Assembly: GCF_009914755.1 (NCBI RefSeq)
Contig: NC_060933.1
Reading direction: 5' to 3' (one strand)
DNA: 64,000 nucleotides
From: the human T2T-CHM13v2.0 reference genome, Homo sapiens
Every line of letters starts with the position of its first letter. Within the stretch, counting starts at the first letter, position 1. This document shows positions 35,622-52,863 of the stretch, one piece after another. Made by a program: the position numbers and the translations under genes. Under the pieces are notes generated by a model. The model had not been told where the DNA came from, ran no database searches, and saw only the letters and a list, made by a program, of their open reading frames with translations.

Positions 35622-35666
<45 letters not shown>

Positions 35667-35667
35667 T
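35622..35667. repeat. (TTA)~15 STR derived from an Alu tail
   Basis: Perfect trinucleotide run directly before an antisense Alu. Confidence 0.92.
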
Positions 35668-36492
35668 GAGATGGAGTCTTGCTCTGGGCTGGAGTGCAGT
35701 GGCGTGATCTTGGCTCACTGCAACCTCTGCCTCTTGGGTTCAAGCGATTCTCTTGCCTTAGCCAGAATTACAGACGCCCACCACTATGCCCAGCTTTTTT
35801 TTTTCCCCCCGTATTTTTGGCAGAGACAATGTTTCACCATGTTGGCCAGGCTGGTCTTAAAATCCTGACCTCAAATCATCCACCAGCCTTGGCCTCTCCC
35901 AAAGTGCTGGGATTACAGGTGTGAGCCACCATGCTCCGCCTGAGACCTGTATGATTCAGAAATATGTATCTGAGTGAATATTTCCATGTGAACTTGGAAA
36001 ACTATTTTGGCATTCTTTTAGTATTCTTTAAATGTCAACTAAGTAAGGTTGGTTGTTCGGGTCTTCTGTATTCCTTTTGATTTTCTTTTTTTAATTTTTC
36101 TATTATTTTGATTGGCATATTCATGATGTATCTTTCTGATTTTCCTGTCTGCTTGTTATATCAACTGCTGAGAAAAGAGAGTTGTATAATTAAGTATAAT
36201 TATGGATGTGTCTTTGTCTTTAATTCTGTCAGTTTTGCTTCATGTGTTTCATTACTCTGTAATTGGGTTCATATGCATTTAAGATTATTATAGCTTTTTA
36301 ATTAATTCACTCTTTTAGAATTTGGAATTGTCCTTTGATTTGTGGTAATATTGTTTGTCTTGAAGCTAGTTTGTTTGGCTTTTCCCTTTACAGTCTTAAT
36401 TGGTACAATTAGACTGTTTCTATTTAGTTTAATTATCAATGTGTTGCAAGTGGAAGGTATTTTTTGCTGGATATAGTATTTTAAGTCCATAG

Positions 36493-36913
<421 letters not shown>

Positions 36914-38087
36914 TAATGTATCCTCTGTTCTTTAGCCATTTAAAAAAACTTATTTGTATCAATGGTTTTTAGAAATTTGATGAAGAAGTGCCTTGGTGTG
37001 GTTTCCTTTGTTTTTGATCTTACTTTGGCTTTGTTGAGCTTGTTAGCTCTGTGGTTATATGCTTTTTATCACATCTGGACAACTTTGTATCATTATATTT
37101 TCCCTCATTCCTCTCTCTGCTCTTTGTCTTTGATTCCGCTTTCCTATGTGTTAGGCCAGTTGATATTGTCCTAAAGGTCACTGAGGTTGTGCTCATTGTT
37201 TTCTTCCAGGTTTTTCTTTGTGTGCTATTTTGAGTAGTTTGTATTGCTGTGTGTCAAGGTCACTGCTCTTTGTATCTCACATTCAGTGAATTTTTAATTT
37301 CAGATTATGTATTTTTCACTAATTTCATTTTTCTTTATATTTTCCATTTTGTATTTTAAGTGTTTTTATTTTCCTTTAAATATTTTAACATATTTATTAA
37401 TGTTGTCAATGTCCTTACCTGCTAAGTACTTTATTTCATTCATAGTCTACTTGCTTATGGAGTTACAATCTGCTACTTTTTTTTGTGTCTAATAATTTTT
37501 GTTGGTGTTGAACATTTGAAACCTTGTGTTGTTGAGTGTTGGGACTTTGTTGATGCCCTTTCGAGACTGTTGGAGTCTATTTTGGCAAGCACGTGCTGAG
37601 CTTTTGTTCCAGGCTTCCTCACATTTCCTAGTTAGGGCCATCTTTTGCCATTTTTATTGATTGCTCCAAGTGTTAAGAGGTGGCGATGGAATCTGAACAG
37701 CTGTCCCTTTGTGACTTCTCAGAATTATGTGCAGATTTGTGTTAGCCAAAGACTTAAGACATCCTCCCCCAAATGCAGACTTTTTGAGCTTCCCTTCTGA
37801 GTAGATCCCTTCTTGCCCACATGTACATGTAGTCCACAAATTCCAGCCAGCCCACCCTTCCCAACGCTACACTGAGTCACAACATGGTAAAAGGGTGGTG
37901 TTCTTGGTTCCCCCTTCATACACCATTGCCCAAAAATTGCTTCCAGGAATGAGGTCAGGGCCTATGCAGGGTTCTCGTGTGTGTTTTCTGCTCCCAGGTC
38001 CCACACACCTGTGCTGCCTATCAGCCAGCATCTGAAACCAGGTGTTTCATATATTTCATCCTGTTTTTCAGTTGTTTATGACAGTAA

Positions 38088-38583
<496 letters not shown>

Positions 38584-39040
38584 TGAGACCACAGGTGCAT
38601 ACCACTACACTTGGCTTGTTGTTTTTTTTGTAGAGACAAGGTCTTGCTATGTTACCCAGGCTGGTCTCGAACTCCTGGCCTCAGCCACCCTCCTGCCTTA
38701 GCCTCCCAGAGTGCTGGGATTACAGGGATGAGCCTCCACACCAGGCTGACACATAGTTTTTCTTGTAGTTCTTGTCCATGCAATTCTGGTTTTGTGCTTT
38801 TACGGCTGATTTGAGGGGATAGAGAACTGTTGCCTCTGCTGCTTTGTCTTTCAAGAATCTCTTGTGTGTATCTCTTTTTTAAAAGTTCAGTAAACAAATG
38901 GCTTTCTTAACATGTTTGCTGGTAGTGGTGTATTTTCTTTTCATATTCTGTATAGCAGTTTTTCAGAAGTTAAGATTTCCTGCATTCTGAGGTATTCTTT
39001 TATCTGGTTTTCATTGACTATATACTCATCTCTCTTACAG

Positions 39041-39089
39041 GCCATGCTGGAGTATCTGCCAACATGATGAAGAAGAGGACATCCCACAA
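39041..39089 (+). CDS. SPIN1: SPIN1 exon 3 (49 nt), (G)HAGVSANMMKKRTSH(K)
   Basis: Acceptor ctcatctctcttacag|GC and donor CAA|gtaagc. In phase with exons 2 and 4. Confidence 0.96.
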
Positions 39090-41847
39090 GTAAGCAGTTC
39101 TGAAACTGGTTCTAGATAGTGTTTTGTGACCTTTTGTTACGCAGCATACAAGATCACCTAGGTAAGGCCTCCTCCCCTGTGATCGAGGGCTTCCTAGCTC
39201 ATAGGAGATGTAGTGTGCGATGAGGAATAGTATGTAGTCATCTTCTCTGTCTCTTCCCTTCCCCTTGGCCTGGCTGCAGTGTGCCAGGTCTACCCTTCAG
39301 CCTTTAAAAGCCTTTGGGAACTGGGCCAATGGAAGGAAAACTGTTATGGTAAGTGTGGCAGGTGCATGGTGAACCTCTCCCTCTTCTCTCCTTGGAATGC
39401 CTGTGTGAGCCTTGCGTGCAGGCTTCCTCTCCTGGTCTTGGTCCACTGTTTGACAAGGAGCTCCTTTTGGGCAGAGACCGTGTCTTAAGCTGGGAGGGCC
39501 TGCCTAGCATGGTGTCACATGCTCACTGTTTTATAGCATTTTTAAATGAAGGAAAAGCTTATGAATTTAGGGAAAGCATATCCATGTTAAAAGATAATGC
39601 AATAGCCATCTACGTAAACTGACAGTGTGTTCTCAATCCTAAATTCTGTAGATACCAGCTTACAGAAGCCACTTTTTTCCCTAATTTTTTTTTGTGTGTG
39701 ACATAGTTACATCCAAAAAAGAAATTAAGATTCTATTGTTTTCAATTATAATATTCACTTTTACTTTATTATATCTAATAGATTTCACAACTATCTATCC
39801 TATACTGATAACTATGCCACTTCAAACTGGAAATGTCACTTGAACAATCTGTTCTGATTGTGAGACTCTTCTTAGTCATAGATTATTAAATATGGAGAAG
39901 ACACTCCTTGACCATCGTGAGGCACTCTTAAGAAACATTTTCCCCCAAAATATTTATATTGAAAGTGTATGCCCCTTAGCCACCACACTGTAATAGCTGA
40001 AGAGGATGTGAGGCCTCTTGGCTCTCAGGGAAGGGCTGGATGAATGCCCTTCAGTAATTGTTAGTGATTGGGCGAAACAAAAGTCTCCAAAATGTGTACG
40101 TGATACATAATACAAATATTTGTAATATTTAGCTTAAGAAACTACCTGGAAAGTAAAAATGTGAAGGTAAGCTACATAAGTTCTTGTTTCTCTGAGGTTT
40201 AATAGTTTCTCAAATTTTATCCATGTGCTCATCATCTTCATGGTTTTGCCATACCCAGTGATATGTTTCTGCTCATTATCATGTCATTACTGTAAATGGT
40301 AAGCTGTGTCTTGCCACAAATAAAACATAACAATAAAAACAAATGTAAGCCATAAATATTAGGTAATGATGAAAAACTTAAATACAGTGGGGACAAAGGC
40401 AAGTTAAACCTTAACTTTGCAGGACCAGAACAGTTCATTCAAAATAGATTTTGCAAGTTAAGTTAAAGGCTTATAGAATATTAATGTGCGTTCTAATCAT
40501 TTTTCCGTATTTTCTAATCATCTATGATTAAAAGTTCATTTACTTAGGATTTCAGATATTAATAGGTTTGAGCTCTTGGGCATGTTATTATAATGCGTTT
40601 TGTGCAATAAGATTCCATCTGCCTCATCCTAATAAGCCATACTGTTCATTAATTCATAGGTTTGATTCCCTAAAGCATAAGAAACGAAACACCTAAAGTT
40701 CGTATACATAGTAACTGAAAAAATCTCTCATCCTATATGTTCCACATTTGGGGACCTTAATTTAGTGCTTTCACAAGCATACATAGTTGTCTTGAAGACT
40801 GGAAGCCTTGAGCATATTACTATCTAGCAAAAGGGAGAAATGGAAAGGAAAAGTTGTGAGTCCCATTTTCCTATTCTCAATGTGAATCTGAAGATGGGTA
40901 GAAGGAAAGGCTGAAACAGAAGTTTCCACATTCACGAATGATGATTATTAATATTTTTCACATGGAGTGAGCAGGGATGGCTGCATGGAGCTTTGAAGAG
41001 GCTGCCTGGTGGGGACGCAGGCTCTCCCAGGTGCTGGTTTTGAAGTTAGGAAGCCTGATGGAGCTTGGCTGTTAGGCCTGTGGAAGTTCCTTAATGTATC
41101 TAAGGTTGGCTTAATCCTGTCTAAAATCAAGGTATTGGACTAGAACAATGAGGTTTGCAGCTTTTTAGCATAGATTCCTTTCTAAAATGCAATTTTTATG
41201 GAAACCAAATATAAAAAAAAAACAGAACTATAGCATCCCTCTCCCCTTCACTTTTTCCACTTCTGACTCAACGGGAGTTGCAAGGAATAAGGGCCACCTG
41301 GCTTGACACTGGGGCTCAATGACGGTGGCCCTCCTTCTGTCTCTTCCCAAGTCAGTATGGGGTGCCCGAGAAAGAACCTCTGGTTGCTTGAGGGAAAAGT
41401 CACAGAACTGCACTGAGTGAGCAATAGCACCTGTCCCCGAAGGTGTTAGGAAGGTTCAAGGAGTCTGGTGTGAAGTACTGAGACCACACAGGAAACATTA
41501 TATAGCTGGGTTTGTGTTTTTTAAGAAAATAGAAGCAAGCTTTTTTTTCCTATAGGCTGAGCACCTTGTGGTGTTTTGGGTGAAACTGGTGGATACACCT
41601 TTCTGGGCTGTCCATGATTTGGGACAAACATTTGCATTAAAAGTACGTCTGTTTTTTTGTTTGTTTGTTTGTTTTTGAAATATGGAGTCTTGCTCTGTTG
41701 CTCAGGTTGGAGTGCAGTGGTGCAATCTTGGTTCACTGCAACCTCCACCTCCTGGGTTCAACTGGTTCTCCTGCCTCAGCTTCCTAAGTAGCTGAGACCA
41801 CAGGCGTGCCGCAGCACGCCCAGCTAATTTTTGTATTTTTAGTATAG

Positions 41848-42048
<201 letters not shown>

Positions 42049-42289
42049 TAAATTCCCTCCCCCCTCCTGCAATTTGAACAGGGAATAGATTTCCATTCCA
42101 TGCTACTGTTGAAAGGGGTGATTGGGTTTTGGTATATTTTTCACTAACTTAGAAAGTGGACTAGAATCTACTAAACACTAAATAGAGGTATTTCCAGGGA
42201 TTTCTTTCCTCCCATTTTATAAGACACAAATATTAGTCACTGACAAAAGTGTCGTTGTACTCCTCCTTGTCCCTAGTGTGTTCTCATGT

Positions 42290-42460
42290 AGTTTTCATGA
42301 TAGCCCTGTCAAGTAGGAACTGTGACCCCTTACTGCAGATGAGGAAACTGATGCATGGAGGGATTAAGTAACTTGTCCAAGGTCATCCAGCTAGTAGGTG
42401 ATTGAGCTAGGACTCAAATAGGACAGTCTGATTCCAGAGCCCATGTTATTAAGTACCACC
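42290..42460 (-). mobile_element. MIR
   Basis: Core motif cagatgaggaaactga...aagtaacttgtccaaggtca. Confidence 0.75.
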
Positions 42461-43427
42461 CCATATTTACTGAACTGCAGGTTTTGTTTTCTCTTCTCAG
42501 AAATTGGTTATTTCAGTCGTGGACATGAAGACTGGGTAACTCTTGGTGCGGGCATCTATGTGCACCATGGTGTATACAGTCTTAAGTTGGTCAGAACATT
42601 GAATGCTTTTTAATCATCTTGCAGTAAGTCATTCATGCCAGCAATGAGAATAGCACTTGGAGGCCCTAAAGCTGTTTGAATGTTTGCCGTGGACATCTCT
42701 GGTATTCCCAAAGTGCGCAGTGTGTAGACAAAGTAGTGAAAGGAAACATGCTAATGTGGATGGAGAACTGACTTTTTTAGGGTCTATCTTGTTTTATTGT
42801 TGACATTTTAATCTGGGAAGTGACAGTACTTGGCATGGAACTTTTATTGAATAACAGTTACCTGCAAAGCAGGTTTTTTTCTCTCTTTCTGGTTTGCATC
42901 TTGCAAAAAGACAGTTATTTTGATTTAACCAGTCTTTTCTTCTAAAATCTACTGTAGCCCAGAGTAGGAGAATTGCTTTATTACAATACCAAATAGACCA
43001 AGAGTATCAGTAATTAATCCTTACAACCTAGTATACAGTGTATGACAGGCATTTACTGGTATGTGGTAGAATTGTGATTGTTGAAAATTTAACATGTATG
43101 ATGTCTGTAAATGTTGGCTACCAAGATTAGATATTTAAATACTGGTTAGGAATAGGAGTTAATTCAAGCCATTAAGGAAGTCTAGGTAAAAAGATGAAAG
43201 GTCGTTTTCCTTTCCTTTCCCTTTCCCTTTGCTTTCCTTTTTTTTTAAATTTTTTATTTTCCCAATAAGCCTTTTGCACTCCTAAAAAGGTTTTTCAACA
43301 CATGACTTCAGCACAAAGTGATGGTACTTTCAGAACTTCTTTGAAGTATTGAGAAGAGTACATAATGTTTCCTACAATCTCAGTTTACTTTTTTGGGAAC
43401 AGGAACACATAGTGTTTGTTCTATATC

Positions 43428-43807
<380 letters not shown>

Positions 43808-45395
43808 TAGAGACGGGGTTTCTCCATGTTGGTCAGGCAGGTCTCAAACTCCCGACCTCAGGTGATCCATCCGCCTTGGCCTCTCAAAGTGCTGGGATTA
43901 CAGGCGGGAGCCACCGCGCCCGCGGTATCTTAAGCACATCGGAGAACTAAGTTAAATTGGGGTTGGAAATCAGTACACTAAATTATGGCAATGAAAGGTC
44001 ATTGCAGTGCTGTGTAATTGTTCACCATATACTCAAATTCAAACTACAAGAAAAGTTTTTTTTAGCCATTACACAGATACCGGTTTATCCCTAATGATGC
44101 TAAATACCTTTCGATTATTTTATTTTTTTTCTGGAATTGTTTCAAGAAATAGCTTCTGGAGTTACGAAACAAGAAAAGAGGTTATAGATGTTTAATTCTG
44201 GCTGCATTTCAAGATGTCCTAGGTTGAATGAAGTATCTTGGTATTTGTTTTACAGTATTGCTCTGTGAGGGGATGTTACTAACTGGTAAATGAGAGTAAG
44301 AATATTTTAGACTCTTTCCCAAGAAAATATAAGAGATTGAAGGGCTTTTAACAATACATATATCAAGATAGTATTTAAATAAAAATCACTATATTCAAAG
44401 AACCTTCATTTTAAATCACATTTAAGTTGCTAATCACTTTTCTCTATTTGGGATATTCTTAGACTGAATGATCCAGATATGACCAAAGGGTGTTTGATCA
44501 TTTTATTCCCTTTCTAGTAATTCCTAATAGTTTGCTTTTATATACACTATTTCCACTTATGTAAGTAAGCTTTAACTTTTGTTATTAATAGTGTTTTTTT
44601 AATTTTATTTTTTAGAACTCCAAATAGGTGATTAGAAATTAAAATTTCTTTTAGGAACTTGTTCAATATATAAATAACTTTTTACTGTGGGAAATTTTAA
44701 ATATACATAAAAATATAGAGTAGTGTATCATAAATCTTGGCATTCTTCACCTAGCTTCAATAATCTACATCAAACATCAGATATTCTTAGTGTATCTAAA
44801 CCTGTCTTAAGTAGGTACTAGTTGGAAGAACTGAAATTTATTAACAGCTTCCATATTTCAGTGCTCTTAGTAGTGAGCACAGTCTAGGTTTGTTTAAATA
44901 CTCTTCCTTGTGAACTTTGGCTGCTGAGCAGCTTGTGCATTCAAGCCCCACAACTGGAAAGCTGGACTCATGATTTTAACAATTAGTATATTATTCTAAT
45001 TACTCGTTTTTTGCCTTCAGCCTTGAGGGGAAAATTACCGTTGTTTCCTTTGCCTTTAAAGAAATTGGACAGAAATAGTATCTATAACAGATATTCTTTA
45101 ATCCTTCTTTTGGAAACAATAAAATTACATTCTGAAAGAATTGCTCTTGAATCACAAAAAGGCAGTAGAAATAAATGTAGGAATTGCCATCCTTAAAATA
45201 TGCAAATCTATTTTTATATATAATTTCTTGCCGAATTAGTATACGCATTGCATTAATGTAGCAGTAATTAAAAATTGTGTTCTGCCGGGCGCGGTGGCTC
45301 ACACCTGTAATCCCAACACTTCAGGAGGCCAAGGCTGGCAGATGACCTGAGGTCGGGAGTTTGAGACCAGCCTGATCAACATGATATCTCCACTA

Positions 45396-45554
<159 letters not shown>

Positions 45555-45794
45555 TCAGAAAAAACAGTTGTGTTTTATGTGGCTGCAAAAGTGAAATACT
45601 TAAGTTGTAGAAAATTTTGAAAACATAGGTAAACAGAGAAAGAAAACTTATTTATAATGCCATCACCCAGAGATTGTTAATAATTTAATGTATATTTTAA
45701 AAAACTTTTTCCTACGTACCTGTAAGGATTGTGTATAAAAATTTTTCATGTCATATTTTTTACACTTGTGGGTTTTTAAAATAAAAAGTTTTTA

Positions 45795-45920
<126 letters not shown>

Positions 45921-47361
45921 TTAAACATTAGCTAGGCATGGTGGCAGGCACCCTTACGTAGTTCCAGCTACTTGGGAGGCTATAAAGCAAGAGGATTGCT
46001 TGAGCCCAGGAGTTTGAGGACAATTTGGGCAACAAAGCAAGACCCCAGTTCTTTAAATTCTTTTTCATGATTTTTAATACGTATATAGTTCATCATAGAG
46101 ATAACGCTCTGAGCTTTTAAATTAATGGGGCCTATTGTTAAACATTTTCTTTAGTTTCCCGTGTTAGCAATATCTTTGTGCACATCCATTATTATTTTCT
46201 TTTGATAAATTTGTAGATGTGGACTCACGGAACAATGGAAACTCCACATGGTAAGGCTTTGGACAGATATTGCCAAACTAATCACTAGAAAGGTTTTATT
46301 CATTTTATACACAGATAGAAAATAATACTTCATCATAATTTGTACTAAAATTATGATGAAATTATCAAAATTCTAAGTTTTTGTTACTGTTAATATAAAA
46401 AGGTCATCCTGCTGGCAGACCAGAACACTAAGAAATTTCTAGATCTCAAGCAGATAGGAACAAGTTTATATCAAGACTCCACTGAGGAACTCTGGTGCCA
46501 ACAAGTAAATAAACTAGATTTAGAATACTGCCAGGATCAGAGATAGTAAGGGCTGGACAATAGAATGGCTTGAGTACAGTTACCAAATATTAAAAGGGTA
46601 AGAAAATTGATTGTACAGAATTGGCATTGGAACAGAAGATGCTCAACTTACCTCCTCTTGATTTAAAGATACCTGTCACTTCTTAGCCTCTGTGCAGCTA
46701 CCAGGGTTGTGGCTTCTGTCATCAGAACCTGCACTTACTGCTCAGAGGCCAGAGAGTCTGACTTGAGCTGAAGACATACATTGTATCTACAAATGCCACT
46801 TCATCTTGACTTGCATCTACAAATACGAACACCAAGAATCATGAGGCATCTTAGAGCACTAAACGCATAAAAGACAGTCACTAGTCAAAACAGAAGAACA
46901 AGCCAGGAATCACCATGTATGTGTAGAAAACAGAGGAGACTTGATCCTAAAGAGTTCCTAGAAGAATCAGGAAAAAATGAAACTTATCTTCAGATATCAG
47001 AAAGCATGTTCATTAAAAAGAAAAACCATTCGAGATAAGACAAAGACATTAAAAATATTATGCAAGATATTCAATAGGCTGAAAGTAGAGTTTACTTAAT
47101 TCACTAACAATTGAGCTAAAAATTTCTTCAAGATGAAAAGTATGACAGGGCAGTTGAATCATGGAGAATTGATCTAGAAGTGCTAGCATTTGTCTGATGA
47201 CATTTCAAAAGCGGGTGGAGGAGGAGAATAATCCAGACTACAAATGGGTGATAATTTTGCTTTGCTCTCTCTAGGTTGACCAGCTTCTTATGAGGGATAA
47301 TTAAAAACACATGTCACAAGTCTTTGTGACATTTTAGAGTCTAGGAACAAAGAAAATTCTA

Positions 47362-47625
<264 letters not shown>

Positions 47626-48769
47626 TCAAAAAATAATAATAAATAAAATAAAACACCTTGAAGAGAAAATTGCCCCTCAGAGGAACAAGGATCAGATTGG
47701 CTTCTATTGTCTGTAATTTTAGATGGTAAAATGAAAGTTTTTTTTTTCTCTCAAAGTACTGAGGGGAAAAAGACTTTGAACCTGATTTGTATACACAGGC
47801 AATTCAGGGATAAGGGCAAAATAATAATTTGAGGCTTGCAAAAATCTAGCGTTTGTATTCCTGAACTTTACCTGAAAGAATTACCAGAGGATGTATCTAG
47901 AAAGACAGAATATACATGAGAAAAAAATGTGAAAATACTACGCAAAAAGCAACCAAAAAACCTTTCTTGTTTCTAAATTAAAAAGTTACTAAGATAGTAG
48001 CAAAATGAAAATACCAATTTGTAACAAAAGTCTACATTTCAGCAATGCAGTAGAATTAGCCAGGTAAGGTTTTAAGTTTTTCTTTTACTAAGGATTTTTT
48101 CTTGTTTGGTTTTAGTGTTGCTTTGGCTGGGGGATGAAAAGTATAGGTTTTGATTAATCACAGATTTTAATAGAAAAATGAAAGTTTAGGTATAATATAT
48201 GCAAAGTTAAAGATAATTGTTGGAAGACTAGAAGCAAGTTACATCATTTGCGTTAGAAGCTTTATTTAGTGAAAAGAAACTTCAATCATTCTAGTGGCAC
48301 AGATGAAGGAAGAGAGGAAAGTGAGGAAATGAAAACAGAAGACAGGTAGACAACACAGAACAAAATGTTAAGTATGAGACTCATAGTATCATTTACCACA
48401 GCAAAGGCTAACTCTTAATAAGAAGATGAGGAAATAAAATCAGTTCAAAAGGGAGGAATATGCATTCCCAGAATTAAAGGACCCCGGGTCCAGTTTGAGG
48501 AGGACTCTTGGCCAGATACAAGCCCCTTGTATAATGCTCAAGAGGGAGGAGACCTTATTTGCTCCTTGGAGGTGTCTAGTATGAAAACTGCTTATTTTGA
48601 AATGTGATTCTAGCCATTATCAGGAGCAACTGCAGATAATTCCCATTTACAGAGGAATGCTGCTAACAGGTGTGGGAGGGAGCAGCGACAACGAAAAATT
48701 CTGCTGTCATAGGTCACGTTTATGTTGGTTTTCTTGAAAATCAAGGGTAGAAAATTTCATGCCTCTAGA

Positions 48770-49138
48770 GAGAGAGAGAAAAACACATGAGGAGGGAAGC
48801 GGGGAAGATTTATATTAAGGAATTGGCTAATGCAGTTGGGACTGAACAAGTTCAAAATCTATAGGGTAGGCCAGCCATCTAGAGAGCCAGGGAAGAGTTG
48901 AAGCTGCAGCACAAACAGCCAGTCTGGAGGCAGAATTCCTTCCTCCTCCGAGGAGGCCAGTTTTTTTCTTGGATGAGGTCCACCAACATTATGAGGGCAG
49001 TCTGCTGTGCTCATAGTCTGCGATCCAAATGTTCATTCCAGCTAAAAAATGCTTTCACAGAGACATCTAGAGTGGTGTTTGACCACATATCTGACTACTG
49101 TGGTGTAACCAAATTGACACACAAAGTTAACCACCATA
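48770..49138 (-). mobile_element. MLT2 (ERVL) LTR, partial
   Basis: Motif attaaggaattggct and end aaattgacacacaaagttaaccaccata. Confidence 0.65.
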
Positions 49139-50537
49139 TGGGTGAAGATGCTGTATTTGCTTATAATTTTGTTAGTAATCATGGAATGTCTGTGTAAATT
49201 ACAAAATGGGACACATGACTGAATTCTATCCTTAGTGAGGTTTGGGAACTAACCTTAGCCTTTGCACTAAATATGAAGAAAGCCTGATCCTGTACGGGGA
49301 GTAACTCATTGGATCTTTGGCTTAGAAATCAAAAGAAGATACGTAACTGGTTGTCAGTTTAAGAAAAAAAGTATTGCTACAAAGGATTCTTGTATTCTAA
49401 AGTGGAAATGTAATCTCCTTCACCAGCTGTTTTCCCGTAGAGGCCAATTGGATGTTACTGTATATTACTAGAGATTATGCAGATGTCTAGAAGTCAACTT
49501 TCTTCTACCTCTGAGTAGTAAAGTTACAGACTTTTTGTTTATTTTTATGTTATATATATATATTGGTTCCTTACTGTGAACAATACTGAATTTAGCTCTT
49601 TGTCATCTCCTTTCTCTCTACAATCCTAATTTTAATTCTTTTTTGATCTAAGTTTATAAGACACTCACTATACTTACTCTGCTTTGCATATTCTTTTCTC
49701 CTGTTTTTGAGAGTTGTGTTAAATTTGAAATATCAGAACAGATAACGGTTACACACTATTGTCTCTCCTTGCCGCCATTTGTTCTACAGTTAAATGTATT
49801 CATTGCTTTCTCTCAGTGCTGTACTGAACCTTCTCTGTGAGTTCCTTGATTATCTGAAGCTCATTGTCATATAACTTTATAAGAACAGTATCCCCTGCCT
49901 TCTGACATGTTCGTTACAGTTTTGTTTGCGGCCTTTATACTTGAAGGTCAGTGTACCTTCTTGGCTGATGAACAAATCCTTGGCTCACATTTTCTTTTCC
50001 TTGAGAACCTTAAGTTTATTACTCTGTTGCCTTCTGGCATAGAGTGTTGCTGTCAAATTCTGAGTCTATCCCTTACACATGATTTGGTCCTTTTGTGTAA
50101 ATGCCCAAAGGGTGTTATTTTCTTTAAAATTCGTTTATTTGACTTGGATATGCCTTAGCGCCAGTCATTCTGGGTTTTCCTGTGGGGTGCATTAGTACAT
50201 TCAAGTGTTTTGTTTCAGGAACGTTTTCTTCAATTACGATTTTTAGTACTCTCTTCTGTGAACTTTGATTTTAGTTTTTAGGTTCTTCTGTTACACAGAA
50301 GTTGGAATATTTGTTACCATCTCTTAATTCTTTTTACTTTTGTCCCCGTCTGTCCCCTTTTCATCATCCACTTTCCTCACATGCTCCCGTGGTGTCTGTT
50401 TCTTCTCATGTTCTTCTAGTCTTAATTTCTGAAAAAAAATTTCAAATTATTGATTCTTTACTTTGTTTGGTAGTTCTCACATCTTCTCTTGTCTAGCGAT
50501 CTCATTTCTCATCTTTTCTGTTCCTGATACATGTTCT

Positions 50538-50989
50538 TACGTTAGGGTTCTCCAGGGAAATAGAATCGTTGGGAAATAGATAAAATATGAAGGAGATTTA
50601 TTATGAGGAAATTGGTTTATGCTATTTTGAAGACTGAGAAGTCCCGTGGAGTGCTGTCTGTAAGCCAAGCCTCGGGAAAGCTGGAAGTGGAATTCATTCT
50701 GCAGGTCTAGAACCAGGGGACCCAGTGGTGTCAGTTCCAGTCCAAGGGCAGGAGAAGACTGATGTTCCAGCTCAGGCAGGCCAGCAGGAAGAAAAAGGGG
50801 TAAATTCCTCCCTCCTCTACCTTTTGTTCTATTCAAGCCCTTGACAGAATGGATTATGGCCACCCACATTGGTGATGGCATCTTCTTTGTTCAGTCTGCT
50901 GATTCAGATGCACAGACACACCCACGAACAGTGTTTAATCTAGGCACTCTGTGGCACAGTTAAGTTGACACACAAAATTAATCATCACA
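50538..50989 (-). mobile_element. MLT2 (ERVL) solo LTR
   Basis: Runs gttagggttctccagggaaa ... aagttgacacacaaaattaatcatcaca, the reverse complement of MLT2 termini. Confidence 0.75.
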
Positions 50990-52560
50990 GTTTCTATTTC
51001 ATGGCTTCTGTCATTTGCTCAGTGTTAGATAGTAGTTTTCATCTACTTAATGAGCCTGTTTTTGAGGCCTGCTCCTGCCTGTCAGAACATCTGTCACATT
51101 GTTAGTCTTTTTCCTCCTCAAGATACTTTCGTATGTTGTCCAACCATGATGCTTCCAGACCCATGTAAATGAGAGGATTCCAAGAATGCTTTCCTAGCTT
51201 AAGACCTCTCTGGGTAGCCACCTCTGTCATACTTTCTGAGACCTGCCGCCCTCATTTCTGCCTGAATCCTGCTTTCCTCACCCTGTGGTCCTGTCCTGGT
51301 CAGTAAGGATTGTGTACTCAGAAGGGCTTTGTCTTTCTGGAAGGAAGGTTTGCTGGGTTTTTGCACAGTCCCAAGGGGCTTAGGCAGACCTGGGTTTTCT
51401 GGCCTTACAGTCTTGCACTTAACCCTGTGAATCTCCTCCCAGTCTCCTTGGTTAGGTTCAGACCCCCTTGCTTAGTTTTTCACCCCCAGGGGAGAAGCTT
51501 CCCTTCTGCGGCGAGTACTCCTTATTGTCTCTTATGGCCTGTTCCCGTCTGACTTAGCTAAATATATGTTACCAGTCTAGAGTAAATTATTTCTATTTAG
51601 AAAATATATAATTTTAGTTTTAGCTGTTACAACCTACAATAAATTGTTTCTTTAAAACTTATTTGTGTTATATGTCAGATATTAATCACTTTTATTCATG
51701 GTGTACGAAATGAGAGCTTTATACCCATAAAACTGTGGGAAGGGAATTCCTTTCAGGTCTTTTTGTTCTTGGCGTATATCAGCATCTGTTATCTTGGTTT
51801 TGACCTTCAGCTTGCATCCAAGAAGCCAGGGTTTTAAGGTGAAATGAAGATTTTTTCCTGATATCAAGAGCCAGGTGTATTATTTATAAACATTCTGTGT
51901 GGATTTTTCAATTGCTAATAATAAGCCAGAAAAAAAGTAGTTTGATGTTTCAATAATTTTTAATATTACATTGTTATAAACTTCAGTTTTAAGATTATAT
52001 GTTTTCTAGACAAGTAATGTTTCTATAGTGCATTGATATAAGCTAGTCTGGACTTCAGTTTAAGAGAAAATTGTCTAGTTTATTTTTATTAGTTAAGCTT
52101 GTACAGGCAGAATTATTTGGGCACGGGAATGGGTGAAATTGAATAGTTACACATTTCTTTTTAACTTGAAGTAGATATTATATAAAACTATATACCTGTG
52201 TGATTATTGATAACATGTATTTCACGGATCAGTCCTTCTTTAATTAACTTGGAAAATTTTGAGTTGATTGAATTAAAATAAACTCAGAAAGCTGATAACC
52301 TGATGCTTAATAGTAGGGCTTAAGTTGCTATTGACTAGTAGTTTTTTCTGCCTATACACAGTTGAGGTGCACAACAAGCTCCTATTACTAACATACCATG
52401 TTACACACTCACCACCACTGGTACAGGGGTAGAGGACAACCACTTTGAGTCACCTGAAGCAGGAATGTGGCAAACATGAGTTTGTACATATTTTGGGACC
52501 ATCTGTAATGAGATCATGCTAGCCAGCGGTTATGTTAGATCTAGGCATGCATACTTTTGA

Positions 52561-52863
<303 letters not shown>

